Below are positions 13,102-23,342 of a stretch of DNA of 58,650 nucleotides, one piece after another. A program made the translations under genes and the position numbers. Each line of letters starts with the position of its first letter. Position 1 is the stretch's first letter. This DNA is from Pseudomonadota bacterium. GTDB lineage: Bacteria; Bdellovibrionota_G; JALEGL01; DATDPG01. The stretch covers positions 1 to 58,650 of the forward strand of contig JAZDDX010000021.1 of the NCBI GenBank assembly GCA_043809315.1, in the 5' to 3' direction. The notes below the pieces were generated by a model. That model saw nothing but the letters and a program-made list of their open reading frames with translations. It was not told the DNA's origin and ran no database searches.

Positions 13102-14256
13102 TCAAACCCTCGTGTGCGGATCGAAGAGTTTCATATGTTCGTCCATCGCGAAACGATCGGTCATTCCAGCGATGTAGTCGCAAACGATTCGCGCAGTGGG
13201 ATCGTTCCGGGACCGGTCGGCGAACTCGCGCGGAAGTTGTTCGGGCCGCTCCAGATAGGTGGCAAACAGATCGTGGATGATCCGGCGGGCTTTCTCCTCC
13301 ATCCGGATGACGCGATAGTGGCTGTACATGTTGCGGTGGAGGAATTTTTTTAGCTCGGAATTATGGGCGGCGACCGCAGGAGAGAACGAGGCGATCGGAG
13401 TGCCGAGCTTTTTGAGGTCGTCGAGAGAAGAGATCTTGTGCTTGGCGAGGTTCGCAAGCGTCTGCTCGGTCAGGTCGGCGACGAGCGTCGTGATCATCAG
13501 GGAGATCGTCGGTTGTTTCAGGGCCTGAAAGGGGTGAGACGGCCACCGACGCCGAACTTTCTCGGAGGCCTGCTTCCAAAGAGCGACGGAATCAATCGCA
13601 TCGGGATCGATCATGGCGGAGGAGAGGCCGTCGTCGACGTCGTGGTTGTTGTAGGCGATCTCGTCGACGAGATCGATCAGCTGCGCCTCGAGGGAAGGCT
13701 GTTCGTCCGGGATGAGATCGGGCGGGACCTGGGAGTAATTCCAGCCACCGGAATGTTTGATGATCCCCTCCCGGACTTCGAACGTTAAGTTCAACCCCGG
13801 GAAGTCTGGATACCGGTGTTCGAGGAGGTCGACGACCCGCAGACTCTGCGCGTTGTGCTCGAACCCGCCGTGCTCCTTCATCAGCTCCGCCATCACGCGT
13901 TCCCCGGCATGCCCGAACGGGGTGTGCCCGAGATCGTGGGAGAGGACCAACGCCTCCATGAGATCCTCATTGAGCTTGAGGGCTCGGGCGATCGTCCGGC
14001 CGATCTGGCTAACCTCGAGACTGTGGGTGAGCCGGGTCCGGAAATGGTCCCCCTCGTGGTAGACGAAAACCTGCGTCTTGTACTCCAGGCGGCGGAAAGC
14101 GGTGGAGTGAATGATCCGGTCTCGATCCCGCTGGAAATCGGAACGGAAGGGAGCCGGCTCCTCGGGGTATCTCCGCCCCCTCGAAGCCGAGGCGCGCGCC
14201 GCGTAGGGTGCCAACCGCGCGTCTTCCGAATTCTCGAGTTCCTGGCGTGTCAGCAT
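13102..14256 (-). CDS. dgt: dGTP triphosphohydrolase (HD family)
   Basis: Start revised to ATG 14256. FQRDRDRIIHS.AFRRL.YKTQVF, RTRLTHSLEV, HDLGHTPFGHAGE, DYIAGMTD. Confidence 0.96.
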   Translation of the reverse strand: MLTRQELENSEDARLAPYAARASASRGRRYPEEPAPFRSDFQRDRDRIIHSTAFRRLEYKTQVFVYHEGDHFRTRLTHSLEVSQIGRTIARALKLNEDLMEALVLSHDLGHTPFGHAGERVMAELMKEHGGFEHNAQSLRVVDLLEHRYPDFPGLNLTFEVREGIIKHSGGWNYSQVPPDLIPDEQPSLEAQLIDLVDEIAYNNHDVDDGLSSAMIDPDAIDSVALWKQASEKVRRRWPSHPFQALKQPTISLMITTLVADLTEQTLANLAKHKISSLDDLKKLGTPIASFSPAVAAHNSELKKFLHRNMYSHYRVIRMEEKARRIIHDLFATYLERPEQLPREFADRSRNDPTARIVCDYIAGMTDRFAMDEHMKLFDPHTRV

Positions 14257-14301
14257 GGGTTCTTTTTTTATGGACGAGCTTCCCTCAAGGAATCTAAAGT
14301 G

Positions 14302-15387
14302 ATGCACGAAGTCAAGATGAAAAGGCCATCTCTCCTCGCAGTCTCACTCCTTCTACTCCATTCGAGCGCATTTGCCGACCCGACGTTGTTCGGCACCGCT
14401 TCGGAGAAATACGGACCGAAGCCGGGAGCCTTCACCGTCTCGATGGGAACCGGTCCGTATCTCCACGGACGGGCGCAATCGTTTGCAACGTCGTCCGACA
14501 AGTTGACGAAGATCTGGAACTACACACTGCGTGCCGGTTATGCCCTTACGGAGAATTTCGAGGGGGAAGTGAACTTGGGATTCACACCGACGACAGGGAG
14601 ATTCGGCGCACTGAGTGTCTGGGACTACATGTTCAATCTCCTCGGCCAGCTTCCGGTGACCGATCGGTTCACGCCGTATGTCACGATGGGCGGCGGAGCG
14701 ATGACGTTCGACGAAGAGAATGGCCTTCGGGAAACCCGCGCGGCGATCGACTACGGTGTGGGTGCGAAGCTGTTCGTTTGCAAAGATCTCGCGATCCGAC
14801 CCGATCTGCGAGGTTTGACCTCCTTCCATACGCTCCACACGGCGTTCCTGGGGACGCTCAACCTGACGTACTATTTCGGCCACGCCCAACCGACTCCAAA
14901 CCCGACCCCGACCCCGGTACCGACGGAAGTCCCGACCGTTGCGCCTACAGCGGTCCCCTCCCCCGTTCCGACCACGCCCACGCCGGCTGCGGTTACCGTG
15001 GAGGAGATGGAACGGGAACTTCGGCCTTTTTCCGGCGCCGTTCCGTGGATTCAGTTCGATACCAATCAAGCTACGCTCAAGAGCGAGTCGTTCCCGAGGC
15101 TCGATCTGGCGGTAGAGGTGTTCAAAAAGTATTCGAGCGTGCGGATCGATATCGCCGGCCATACCGACTCAACCGGTTCCCAGGCCCGGAACGCGAAGCT
15201 TTCCCAGGAACGGGCCGACACGGTGAAGGGGTATTTGGTCACCCATGGCATCGACTCCAAACGGATCACGGCGGTCGGATACGGGAAGAGCCGGCCGATC
15301 GCCAACAACCGAACCAAGGCCGGGCGGGCGAAGAATCGGAGGATCGAGTTCCAACTCTCCAACCTCGTTCCCTCCCCTTCCCAGTGA
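14302..15387 (+). CDS. OmpA-family outer membrane protein (beta-barrel + Pro/Thr linker + peptidoglycan-binding domain)
   Basis: Start 14302 or 14317 with signal peptide (SAFA); GHTDSTG, LSQERA, G.GKSRPIA.N, NRRIEF. Confidence 0.92.
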   Translation: MHEVKMKRPSLLAVSLLLLHSSAFADPTLFGTASEKYGPKPGAFTVSMGTGPYLHGRAQSFATSSDKLTKIWNYTLRAGYALTENFEGEVNLGFTPTTGRFGALSVWDYMFNLLGQLPVTDRFTPYVTMGGGAMTFDEENGLRETRAAIDYGVGAKLFVCKDLAIRPDLRGLTSFHTLHTAFLGTLNLTYYFGHAQPTPNPTPTPVPTEVPTVAPTAVPSPVPTTPTPAAVTVEEMERELRPFSGAVPWIQFDTNQATLKSESFPRLDLAVEVFKKYSSVRIDIAGHTDSTGSQARNAKLSQERADTVKGYLVTHGIDSKRITAVGYGKSRPIANNRTKAGRAKNRRIEFQLSNLVPSPSQ

Positions 15388-15938
15388 AACTCTCCGTCCG
15401 GCTTGGCGCTCTTTTTCTCCTTCTGCCGGTGATTTCGGCTTGCGAATACGCTCCGCTTCTCCCCTGGTACTGGAAGCGGTATGAGCACCCGACCTATCGG
15501 TTCTCTCTGAAAGTTCCGCGAAATTGGCAGGTCGAACTTTCCGGCGCCATGCAGGCCGCAGCGGTCTTTCTGGCCCCCGAGGAAGATCGGTTGTTTCGCG
15601 CAAATCTGAACGTCGTCGTGCAGCCGAAACCACCGAAGCTGGACCTTAAAGGAGAGGCGATGATTTCGCTCCAGCAATTGCGCCTCCTGATGAGCGAATA
15701 CGAGCTGCTGTCGGATGCTCCGACCCGATTGGGCTCCTTCGAGGCGTACGAGATCCGGGGAAAATATCGCGGTGCGGAGGGGTATCGGGTCTTACGGACG
15801 ATCCTCGCTCTCTCCGATGACGCGGAATATGTTGTGACGTTCACCTGCCGGGAAGAGCGGGAAACCGCTTTTCAGGAGGTCGTGAAGAAGATCCTCGCCT
15901 CTTTTCAGGCGCCGCGAAGCTTGAGCGCTCGCTCGTGA
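15384..15938 (+). CDS. Lipoprotein, PsbP/DcrB-like fold (tentative)
   Basis: GTG overlapping the OmpA stop (GTGA); lipobox ISAC; FSLKVPRNW, ANLNVV, YVVTFT..F...LASF pattern. Confidence 0.65.
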   Translation: MKLSVRLGALFLLLPVISACEYAPLLPWYWKRYEHPTYRFSLKVPRNWQVELSGAMQAAAVFLAPEEDRLFRANLNVVVQPKPPKLDLKGEAMISLQQLRLLMSEYELLSDAPTRLGSFEAYEIRGKYRGAEGYRVLRTILALSDDAEYVVTFTCREERETAFQEVVKKILASFQAPRSLSARS

Positions 15939-15958
15939 GTTGTTAGAGTCCCCTCTCC

Positions 15959-17347
15959 ATGAATCGAGGAATTCCGCTATTTCTCGCTGTTTTGATGTTC
16001 GCCTGTGCTTCGGGTGAATGGAGGGCTACCCATTTGAAATCCGCTTCGATCGTCGGATCCGACGTCTTTGAAATCGACAGCTTCAATTTCGCCAAGGGGC
16101 TGACGGTGAAGAAGTTCCGGCTCAGCAATGGGCTGAAGGTCATCGTTCTCGAGGACCACTCGGCGCCGATCTTCGCCTACCACACCTGGTTCAATGTCGG
16201 TTCCCGGAACGAAAAGGAAGGGACCACCGGGATCGCCCACCTGTTCGAACACCTGATGTTCAAGGAGACGAAGAACCTGAAGGAGGGGGAGTTCGATCGG
16301 ATCCTGGAGGAACAGGGAGGAAGCATCAACGCCGGGACGTACGTCGACTGGACCTTCTACCACGAGACAGTGCCGGCCGGGGCGTTCGCGCAGACGGTTT
16401 CTCTCGAGGCGGACCGGATGCAGAACATGATCCTGAGCGACATGCAGGTGAACTCGGAGCGGGACGTGGTCGCAAACGAGCGGCGATTCCGGGTCGATAA
16501 CTCCCCGAGTGGGACGATGTATGAGGAGCTGTTCAAGAAGGCTTTCGTGAAACACCCGTACCACTGGCCGGTGATCGGTTGGATGAAGGATATCCAGACG
16601 ATCCCGACGAAAGACTGTATCGAGTTCTACCGGACGTACTACGCCCCCAACAACGCGACGGTGGTTGTCGTCGGAGACGTCGACACGGAGAATGTCTTGA
16701 AACGGATCAACCAAGCGTACGGAAGAATCCCGGCCTCCAAGATCCCCGCGGAATTGATCCCGTCGGAGCCGCCTCAGGAGAAGGAACGGCGCGGGACGCT
16801 CAAGCAAGAGGTTCCGTCGGAGAAGCTTCTGGTCGGGTACCGCATCCCGAACGCCCTCAGCCCCGACTATCCGGCCTTGGAGGTCGCCCACGCGATCCTT
16901 TTCGACGGGAAGAGTTCCCGTCTCTATCGGAAGCTGATCACGGATACCCAAATCGCGTCCGAAGCCGGGGGGTGGGTGAACCAGACGAAGGACCCGGGCC
17001 TCTACATCATCGACATTACGATGAAGTCGAAGATCAAAGCCGATAAGGCGGAGAAACTGGTTTACGAGGAGCTGGCCCGTCTCTCGAAAGAGAAGGTGCC
17101 GGCGCGCGAGCTCGAGAAGGCGAAGAATCGGCTCGAAACGTCGTTCTGGGGAAATTTCAAGACGATGGACGGAAAAGCGCAGGCGATGGGGTTCTACGAG
17201 ACGACGGCTGGTGATTACCGAAAACTCTTCGATGAAGTGAAGAGCTACCGTGCGGTGACCGTCGAGGACGTGAAACGGACCGCCGAAACGTACTTTGCTC
17301 CGCGGAACCGGACGGTGATCACCGGGATCCCCCTTTCCAAACCGTGA
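15959..17347 (+). CDS. M16B zinc peptidase, catalytic subunit, probable lipoprotein
   Basis: Inverted zincin motif HLFEH, NAGT..DWT.Y, EADRM; lipobox LMFAC. Confidence 0.93.
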   Translation: MNRGIPLFLAVLMFACASGEWRATHLKSASIVGSDVFEIDSFNFAKGLTVKKFRLSNGLKVIVLEDHSAPIFAYHTWFNVGSRNEKEGTTGIAHLFEHLMFKETKNLKEGEFDRILEEQGGSINAGTYVDWTFYHETVPAGAFAQTVSLEADRMQNMILSDMQVNSERDVVANERRFRVDNSPSGTMYEELFKKAFVKHPYHWPVIGWMKDIQTIPTKDCIEFYRTYYAPNNATVVVVGDVDTENVLKRINQAYGRIPASKIPAELIPSEPPQEKERRGTLKQEVPSEKLLVGYRIPNALSPDYPALEVAHAILFDGKSSRLYRKLITDTQIASEAGGWVNQTKDPGLYIIDITMKSKIKADKAEKLVYEELARLSKEKVPARELEKAKNRLETSFWGNFKTMDGKAQAMGFYETTAGDYRKLFDEVKSYRAVTVEDVKRTAETYFAPRNRTVITGIPLSKP

Positions 17348-18759
17348 ACCGGACGACAACCGTGCGAACGATCCGAAATCCGCTCTTTGGAATCCTTCTG
17401 ACAGGAGGTCTTGTGGTCACATCGACGCCATCCGCTCTTTCTACCGAACGTTCGATCGCGCAGTGGACGAAGATCGAAGGAATCGACACGATCCTGGCGG
17501 AGAAGCACGACCGTCCGATCGTGAACTTGAACTTAACCTTCCCGTCCGGAAGTTTCTCCGATCCGGAGGGGAAAGAGGGGTCGGCGAACCTCGCCGGGGA
17601 GATGTTGCTTCGGGGGACACGGTCCCACACGCGGGAACAGATCGAGGAGAAGCTCGACTATCTTGGGGCCACGCTGGAGGTCTCAGTCGGATACCACTCC
17701 ACCTCGATCGACGGGCAGGTCCTGACCCGGAATCTCGCCCCCTTCCTCGACCTCGTCATGGAAGTGATCTCCGAGTCGGACTTCCCTGAGGCGGAACTCA
17801 AGAAACTCAAGGATGAAACGATCGCCCAGCTCTACCTACGTCTGGAGGACGACGCCGGGTTGGCTCGCATGAACTTCACGAAGATGCTCTATGCCGGTCA
17901 CCCATACGCCCGGGACCCGATGGGGACGGTTGCGTCGATCGGATCAGTTACCCGGGATGATGTCGCGGCGCTTGCCGGAGCGTCGTTTCGGCGGGGGGGG
18001 CTGCTGGTCGGGGCTGCAGGGGATCTCACGAAGACCGATCTCGCGGGGATCGTCCGCGGCCTCACGAGTAAACTTCCCGAGGGAACCCTTCCCCGGGTGG
18101 ACCGCCCCTTCGACACCAAGCTTTCGGGGCGGCGGATCCTTCTGGTCGACAAGCCGGAACGGACGCAGACGCAGTTCGTGATCGGCCAACCGGGGATCGA
18201 TGCCCGGGATCCCGATCTGTTCCGACTGAACGTCTTCCTGACCGCATTCGCCGGACATATGTTTCATGCGACCTACATGCAGGAGATCCGCGTGAAGCGC
18301 GGATGGTCATACGGGGCGTACGGCTCAATCGATGCGCGCCGGAACGGAGGATCGGCCTATCTCTATACCTTCCCGAAGGTGACCGACACCCTCCCCGCGC
18401 TCACCTTAAGCCTCGATCTGTTCCGGAAAGCGATCGACGGAGGTGTGACCGACGACCAGATCGACTTCGCGAAGAAACATGTCACTCGCTCCTTCCCGTT
18501 CCAGATCGATACGCCCGAGAAAGTCGTCGGTCAGCGGATCATGCAACGTCTCTTGGGGCGTCCGGACGATTATCTTGAGAAGTATGTGTCGAGAATGGAG
18601 GCGGTGACGGCGGACGATGCTCGGGCCGCCGCGAAGAAACACTTGTCGACGGAAAATGTCGACATCGTGATCCTCTGCACAGCCAAGGATTTTGAGAAGA
18701 CGATCGGCGCCGCCCTGGGCGCCAAAGAGGTTCAAGTCGTCCCGTACGATCGGATGTAG
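17344..18759 (+). CDS. M16B peptidase partner subunit (no HxxEH)
   Basis: GTGA overlap with the previous gene; M16 fold with IRVKRGWSYG (R/Y pair); zinc ligands absent (ANLAGEML). Confidence 0.88.
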   Translation: MNRTTTVRTIRNPLFGILLTGGLVVTSTPSALSTERSIAQWTKIEGIDTILAEKHDRPIVNLNLTFPSGSFSDPEGKEGSANLAGEMLLRGTRSHTREQIEEKLDYLGATLEVSVGYHSTSIDGQVLTRNLAPFLDLVMEVISESDFPEAELKKLKDETIAQLYLRLEDDAGLARMNFTKMLYAGHPYARDPMGTVASIGSVTRDDVAALAGASFRRGGLLVGAAGDLTKTDLAGIVRGLTSKLPEGTLPRVDRPFDTKLSGRRILLVDKPERTQTQFVIGQPGIDARDPDLFRLNVFLTAFAGHMFHATYMQEIRVKRGWSYGAYGSIDARRNGGSAYLYTFPKVTDTLPALTLSLDLFRKAIDGGVTDDQIDFAKKHVTRSFPFQIDTPEKVVGQRIMQRLLGRPDDYLEKYVSRMEAVTADDARAAAKKHLSTENVDIVILCTAKDFEKTIGAALGAKEVQVVPYDRM

Positions 18760-18762
18760 CGG

Positions 18763-20655
18763 TCAGCTCAGGTACGGATAACCGGAGAACCGGCGTTTGT
18801 ACTCCTCGACGAGCTTCGAGGCCTCGGCGTTCTGCATCACCCCTGCCGCGACCTTCTCTTGGAGGGCGGCCTTGACCGACCGGATCAGCTTTTCCGGCTC
18901 GTACCCGTACGCTTCCAGGGCCTTTCCGATCGTGTCTCCGCGTCGCGCGCTTTGGATCACGAATTTCCCGGTCTCGTCGACGATGACGTGCGCTTCGTTG
19001 GCACATCCGAACAGATTGTGAAAGTCTCCCATCGTGTCCTGATAAGCCCCGATCAGAAGGAATGCGAGATAGTACGGCTCGTTCGGCCGGAGGTCGTGAA
19101 CCTCGAGGGCCGGTTTGATGTCTTTCAAGTCGACGAACTTGTCGACCTCCCCGTCCGAGTCGCAGGTGATGTCGACGATCGTCGCCCGCCGGTTCGGCTT
19201 TTCGTTTAAACGATGGATCGGAACGACCGGGAAGAGCTGGTCGAGAGCCCAGTGATCGGGGATCGACTGGAAGACGGAGAAGTTGCAGATGATCTTCTCG
19301 AAGAGGCGGTGTTCCAGTTCGACGAACTCGTCCGCCACGAACTTGGCGCTCTTGCTGTACTTGACCGCTTGCCGGGCGATGTCCCAGTAGAGCCACTCCC
19401 CCTTGGAGCGGTCCTCCAACTCGAGCATGCCGAGGTTGAAGAGGGAGTTCAACTCGTCCCGTCGCTCGACGGCGTCGTGATAGAACTCGCGGAAGTTCTT
19501 CACGTTCATGTTCTTCTCGATATAGAGGAGATCTTCGACGACATGCGGCTCTTTGCCGGTGAAGGTCGGCTTTTTTCCGGAGAGTTCGTTGATCTGGTCC
19601 CGGACGTCGACGATCAGAACCGAGTGGTACGCGGTCAACGCGCGGCCGCTCTCGGAGACGATCTTGGGGTGCGGCACGTGCTCGTGCTGGCAGACGTCGG
19701 CGATCGTGTAGACGACGTCGTTGGCGTACTCGTCCATCGAGTAGTTGACGGAAGCGTCGGAGGAGGTCTTGCTTCCGTCGTAGTCGACGCCTAAGCCCCC
19801 TCCCACGTTCAGATACTCGATCGCGACCCCCATCTTCCGGGTCTTCGCGTAGACGCGGGCCGCTTCTTTGATCGCGTCCTTGATCCGCCGGATCTCGGTC
19901 ACCTGCGACCCGATGTGAAAATGGAACATCTTGAGCTGCCCGATCAGCCCGGCTTGGTTCAAACGCTCGATCGCGGCCAGGAGTTGGCTCGTCGTCAGGC
20001 CGAACTTGCTGGCGCTGCCCCCGGACTTTTCCCAGAGCCCGGACCCTTTGGCGTTGAGTTTCACCCGAAAGCCGAGCCACGGAACCGGTTTTCCGGCTTT
20101 GTGCATTTCGATCAACGGGTCGAGTTCGAACGGCTTTTCGACGACGACGACAATCGGGCGCCCGAGCTTGAGGCCCAGCGACACGGTCTCCAGATGGTCC
20201 TCGTCCTTGAACCCGTTGCAGATCGTGAGGGCCCCTTCGGGAAGAGGCATGGCGAGCGCGGCGATCAGTTCCGGCTTGCTGCCGACCTCGATCCCGAGCT
20301 TCCAGTCGTAGCCGGCTTGGAGAAGCGTCTCCACGACGGCACGCTGCTGGTTCACCTTGATCGGAAAGACGGGAAGATACGACTGCTGGTAGTTGAACTC
20401 CTTCATCGCCCGGTCAAACGCTTCGGAAAGCGATTTGGCCTGCGTGGCGAGAATCTGGGGAAAGCGCAGCAGAAGCGGGGTTCCGAGGCGGCTCTTCTTC
20501 AGCTCTTCGACGATCTTGATGATTTCGACGCGATTCCCGTTCGTCTTCGTCGGAATGACCTCGAGGAACCCCCCCTCGTCGACACCGAAGAAACCGGCGC
20601 CCCAAGAATCGATTCCGTACAGGTTTATCGCATCTTCTACGCTGAACCCCTCCAT
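18763..20655 (-). CDS. speA: Biosynthetic arginine decarboxylase
   Basis: Start revised to ATG 20655 (GAGGAG RBS). YGI.SWG.GFF, FPIKVNQ (PLP Lys), HFHIGSQ, GGGLGVDYDG, ESGRA, DITCDSDG. Confidence 0.97.
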   Translation of the reverse strand: MEGFSVEDAINLYGIDSWGAGFFGVDEGGFLEVIPTKTNGNRVEIIKIVEELKKSRLGTPLLLRFPQILATQAKSLSEAFDRAMKEFNYQQSYLPVFPIKVNQQRAVVETLLQAGYDWKLGIEVGSKPELIAALAMPLPEGALTICNGFKDEDHLETVSLGLKLGRPIVVVVEKPFELDPLIEMHKAGKPVPWLGFRVKLNAKGSGLWEKSGGSASKFGLTTSQLLAAIERLNQAGLIGQLKMFHFHIGSQVTEIRRIKDAIKEAARVYAKTRKMGVAIEYLNVGGGLGVDYDGSKTSSDASVNYSMDEYANDVVYTIADVCQHEHVPHPKIVSESGRALTAYHSVLIVDVRDQINELSGKKPTFTGKEPHVVEDLLYIEKNMNVKNFREFYHDAVERRDELNSLFNLGMLELEDRSKGEWLYWDIARQAVKYSKSAKFVADEFVELEHRLFEKIICNFSVFQSIPDHWALDQLFPVVPIHRLNEKPNRRATIVDITCDSDGEVDKFVDLKDIKPALEVHDLRPNEPYYLAFLLIGAYQDTMGDFHNLFGCANEAHVIVDETGKFVIQSARRGDTIGKALEAYGYEPEKLIRSVKAALQEKVAAGVMQNAEASKLVEEYKRRFSGYPYLS

Positions 20656-20736
20656 CGAACCTTCTCCTCTCATCGGTATTGCGCGCAACGTATACAGATA
20701 TTTGTCTTCGGCGTGCAAGAGAGAAATGCAAAATCT

Positions 20737-20765
20737 TTGACAGGGATGATGCGCATCACTAGCGT
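20737..20765 (+). promoter_or_regulatory. Putative sigma70 promoter of speB with a palindrome in the spacer
   Basis: TTGACA(20737)-17 nt-TAGCGT(20760); perfect palindrome TGATGCGCATCA at 20747-20758. Confidence 0.55.
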
Positions 20766-20789
20766 CCGGACCGCTTGGGAGAAGGTCCT

Positions 20790-21698
20790 TTGAAAAGCCC
20801 GTTCGAACGAAAACTCCAGTTTCTCGATCCCGGAAACGACCGGACCGACGCGGATCGGTCGCGGGTGGTCGTTCTTCCGCTGCCACTGGAAAAAACGACT
20901 TCGTATGTCCGGGGAACCGGGCGGGGGCCGGAAGCGATCGTGGAGGCGAGCACGCAGGTCGAGTTCTTCGACCCCGAACTGCTGGACGAGCCGTGCCGCC
21001 TCGGAATCCACACCGATTGGTCGCTGGCCGATCCGGCGATCTACCGGGAGAGTGTGGAGGAGATCCTGGCCCGGATCTCTAGGCGGACCGCGGAGCATCT
21101 CGGGAAAGGGAGGTTCGTTCTCGGCCTCGGCGGGGAACACACGGTCACGGTCGGTCTGGCCGAACCGTACCTCACCCGGTTTGCCGGAGAGCTGACGATC
21201 GTCCAGATCGATGCCCACGCCGATCAGAGAGAGGAGTATGAAGGGACGCCGTACAGCCACGCGTGTGCCATGAGGCGGCTCGCGGGGCGGGCTCCGATCG
21301 TCTCGGTCGGGGTCCGGGCGCTCGAAACGGCGGAGTATGAGGCCGCTCCGGGGCGAGGAGTGAGGATCTTCTTCGCCCACGAGATCCGGAAGAACCCACG
21401 TTGGATCGAGCAGGTGGTCGGGGCGATCGATACCCCGAATGTCTACCTCACGTTCGATCTGGACGGGTTGGATCCGTCGATCGTACCGTCGGTCGGAACA
21501 CCGGTTCCGGGAGGGCTTCGGTGGGACGAGAGTCTCGACTTTCTGCACGAGATCGCCCGGCGCCACACGATCGTCGGGGCGGACGTCAACGAGCTCTGCC
21601 CGGGGGAAGACAAACGGAGCGACTTCGCGGCGGCGCTTCTTGCGTACAAGATCGTCGGATACGCGCTCGAAAAAGAGCTACGGGGTCGACCGGTTTAA
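20790..21698 (+). CDS. speB: Agmatinase
   Basis: GGEHTV, DAHAD, SHAC, DLDGLDP, GTPVPGG ureohydrolase motifs; TTG start after GGAGAAGG; divergent from speA. Confidence 0.93.
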   Translation: MKSPFERKLQFLDPGNDRTDADRSRVVVLPLPLEKTTSYVRGTGRGPEAIVEASTQVEFFDPELLDEPCRLGIHTDWSLADPAIYRESVEEILARISRRTAEHLGKGRFVLGLGGEHTVTVGLAEPYLTRFAGELTIVQIDAHADQREEYEGTPYSHACAMRRLAGRAPIVSVGVRALETAEYEAAPGRGVRIFFAHEIRKNPRWIEQVVGAIDTPNVYLTFDLDGLDPSIVPSVGTPVPGGLRWDESLDFLHEIARRHTIVGADVNELCPGEDKRSDFAAALLAYKIVGYALEKELRGRPV

Positions 21699-23342
21699 GA
21701 GCTTTTCGAGGCGCACTCGTGCATTTCGGTGGTTCGGGTCCTTGAGAAGAGCCCGTTCCAGGTAGGAAATCGCCCCCTCCCGATCCCCGATCCCCTCCCG
21801 TGCGCGGCCGAGCAGATAGTCGAGGGAGGCATCCTCGGCACCCCGACGGACCACCGACTGGAGGCGCTTTGTCGCCTGTTCGTAATCTCCGCTCTCGAGA
21901 AGTGACATCCCTAGGTACCGCTCTGTCTCGATATTCTTGGGGTCGAGTGCAAGGGCATCCGCGTATCTCTGAGCCGCCTCGGGATACTTTTCAGCCTTGT
22001 AGAGAGCTCCCGCGAGGTAAAGGACGGTGGGGAGGTCGTTCGGGCGGAGTTGGAGCGCACGATCGACGAATGGGACCGCCTCGAACGGCTTCCCTGCGTC
22101 GAACTCGACCCTTCCCCTCTCCAGGTAGATTTCCCCCCGGTCGAGAACGCTCAACGTGAGGTCGGTGCGGGAAATGAGAGAGTCGAAATGGGTCCGAGCG
22201 GCATCCAGCTGACCTGCCATCCGGGCGGCATGGCCGAGAGAGAAGCGCAGATTCCAATCGGCGGGATCAAGATCAGCGAGCGGCTCGTAGTAGAGCATCG
22301 CCTCCTTCCACCTTTTCTGGGCCTCGAGGGCCGTCGCGAGTCGTCGGGTCAGCATCGGATCGTTCGGCTCGATCCCGGCGAGTCTTCGGGTCAGCAGTTC
22401 GGCATCGGAAGCCCGACCGCCGGCCAGGTACGCAGCCGCCAAGGCTTCCCCGGCCGGGAAGAACGTGGGGTTCCTGCGGTGGAGCTCTTCGAGTGTTTTT
22501 CTCCCTTCGGCGGCTCGCCCGGTACCCAGCTGGGCGCTTCCGAGAGTAAAGCGAATCACCGGATCGGTGGAATGCTTTGCCGACTGGGCGGCTTCCGGCA
22601 GGAGCTCGGAATATTTCCGTGCGGCCACGAGGCTCAAGAAGAGTGCCTTCAGAGCTTCGGGATCGTCCGGAATCCGGCTCCGGGCGCGATAGGCAAGCTC
22701 ATACGCATACGTGATCCAGGGCTTGTTCCGTTCCCGGTCGCCAAGGGCGGCGTAGACCTGTGCGGTGAGTACCTGCAGGTCGTGCGGGGGGGAGTCGTTC
22801 CCGCGCATAGCATCGGCCAGGATCAGGCGCACCTTTCGAAGCGGGGTCGGTGCAAAGGTGGAGATCTCCGCCCGGAGCGGCCCGAGATCCAGAGAAGGTT
22901 TTTGAGAGACCGGTTCGATCGTGGGGGGAAAGGTCGGGAACGGGACCACGTGGACGGCCGTCGCGGTCGGCGCCAGCGGAAGTGGGGTTGCGGTCGGCCT
23001 GGGGGTCGTTCCGACGATCGGGCGGACCACTGGGATTCCAGGGAAAAAGCGGGAGCTCAAGGTGGGGAAAACGAGGACGGCCAGAAGGGCCGCGACGAGG
23101 ATCGCTCCACCGTAGAGAAAAAACCTCCCTCTGGTCGGGGGGGACGGGGAGCGGTCCGGTTTACGGAGGGGGGCTGCGCGGTTTCCGCGGCGGACGGCGG
23201 TCGACTCGGTCGGATCGGAGATTCCCAACGGAACGAAGAACGATTCACCGCAGACGGGACAGCGGACCCGGACCTCCTGCCCGGCATATTCATCCGCATC
23301 GATCTCGAGGGTGTTCTGGCAGGCGGGACAGGTGACGTTCAT
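21678..23342 (-). CDS. Zinc-ribbon (MJ0042-like) + single TM + periplasmic TPR protein
   Basis: N-terminal CPAC..CPVC, hydrophobic segment, Pro/Thr linker, multiple TPRs (e.g. YADALALDPKN). Confidence 0.85.
   Translation of the reverse strand: MNVTCPACQNTLEIDADEYAGQEVRVRCPVCGESFFVPLGISDPTESTAVRRGNRAAPLRKPDRSPSPPTRGRFFLYGGAILVAALLAVLVFPTLSSRFFPGIPVVRPIVGTTPRPTATPLPLAPTATAVHVVPFPTFPPTIEPVSQKPSLDLGPLRAEISTFAPTPLRKVRLILADAMRGNDSPPHDLQVLTAQVYAALGDRERNKPWITYAYELAYRARSRIPDDPEALKALFLSLVAARKYSELLPEAAQSAKHSTDPVIRFTLGSAQLGTGRAAEGRKTLEELHRRNPTFFPAGEALAAAYLAGGRASDAELLTRRLAGIEPNDPMLTRRLATALEAQKRWKEAMLYYEPLADLDPADWNLRFSLGHAARMAGQLDAARTHFDSLISRTDLTLSVLDRGEIYLERGRVEFDAGKPFEAVPFVDRALQLRPNDLPTVLYLAGALYKAEKYPEAAQRYADALALDPKNIETERYLGMSLLESGDYEQATKRLQSVVRRGAEDASLDYLLGRAREGIGDREGAISYLERALLKDPNHRNARVRLEKLLNRSTP

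Noticed and set aside
13816-14301. N-terminal extension of OmpA in the ORF track (likewise nuoJ, speA, vorB and the 48131 lipoprotein)
   Set aside because: The extensions overlap neighbouring genes or promoters; RBS and signal peptides support the downstream starts.
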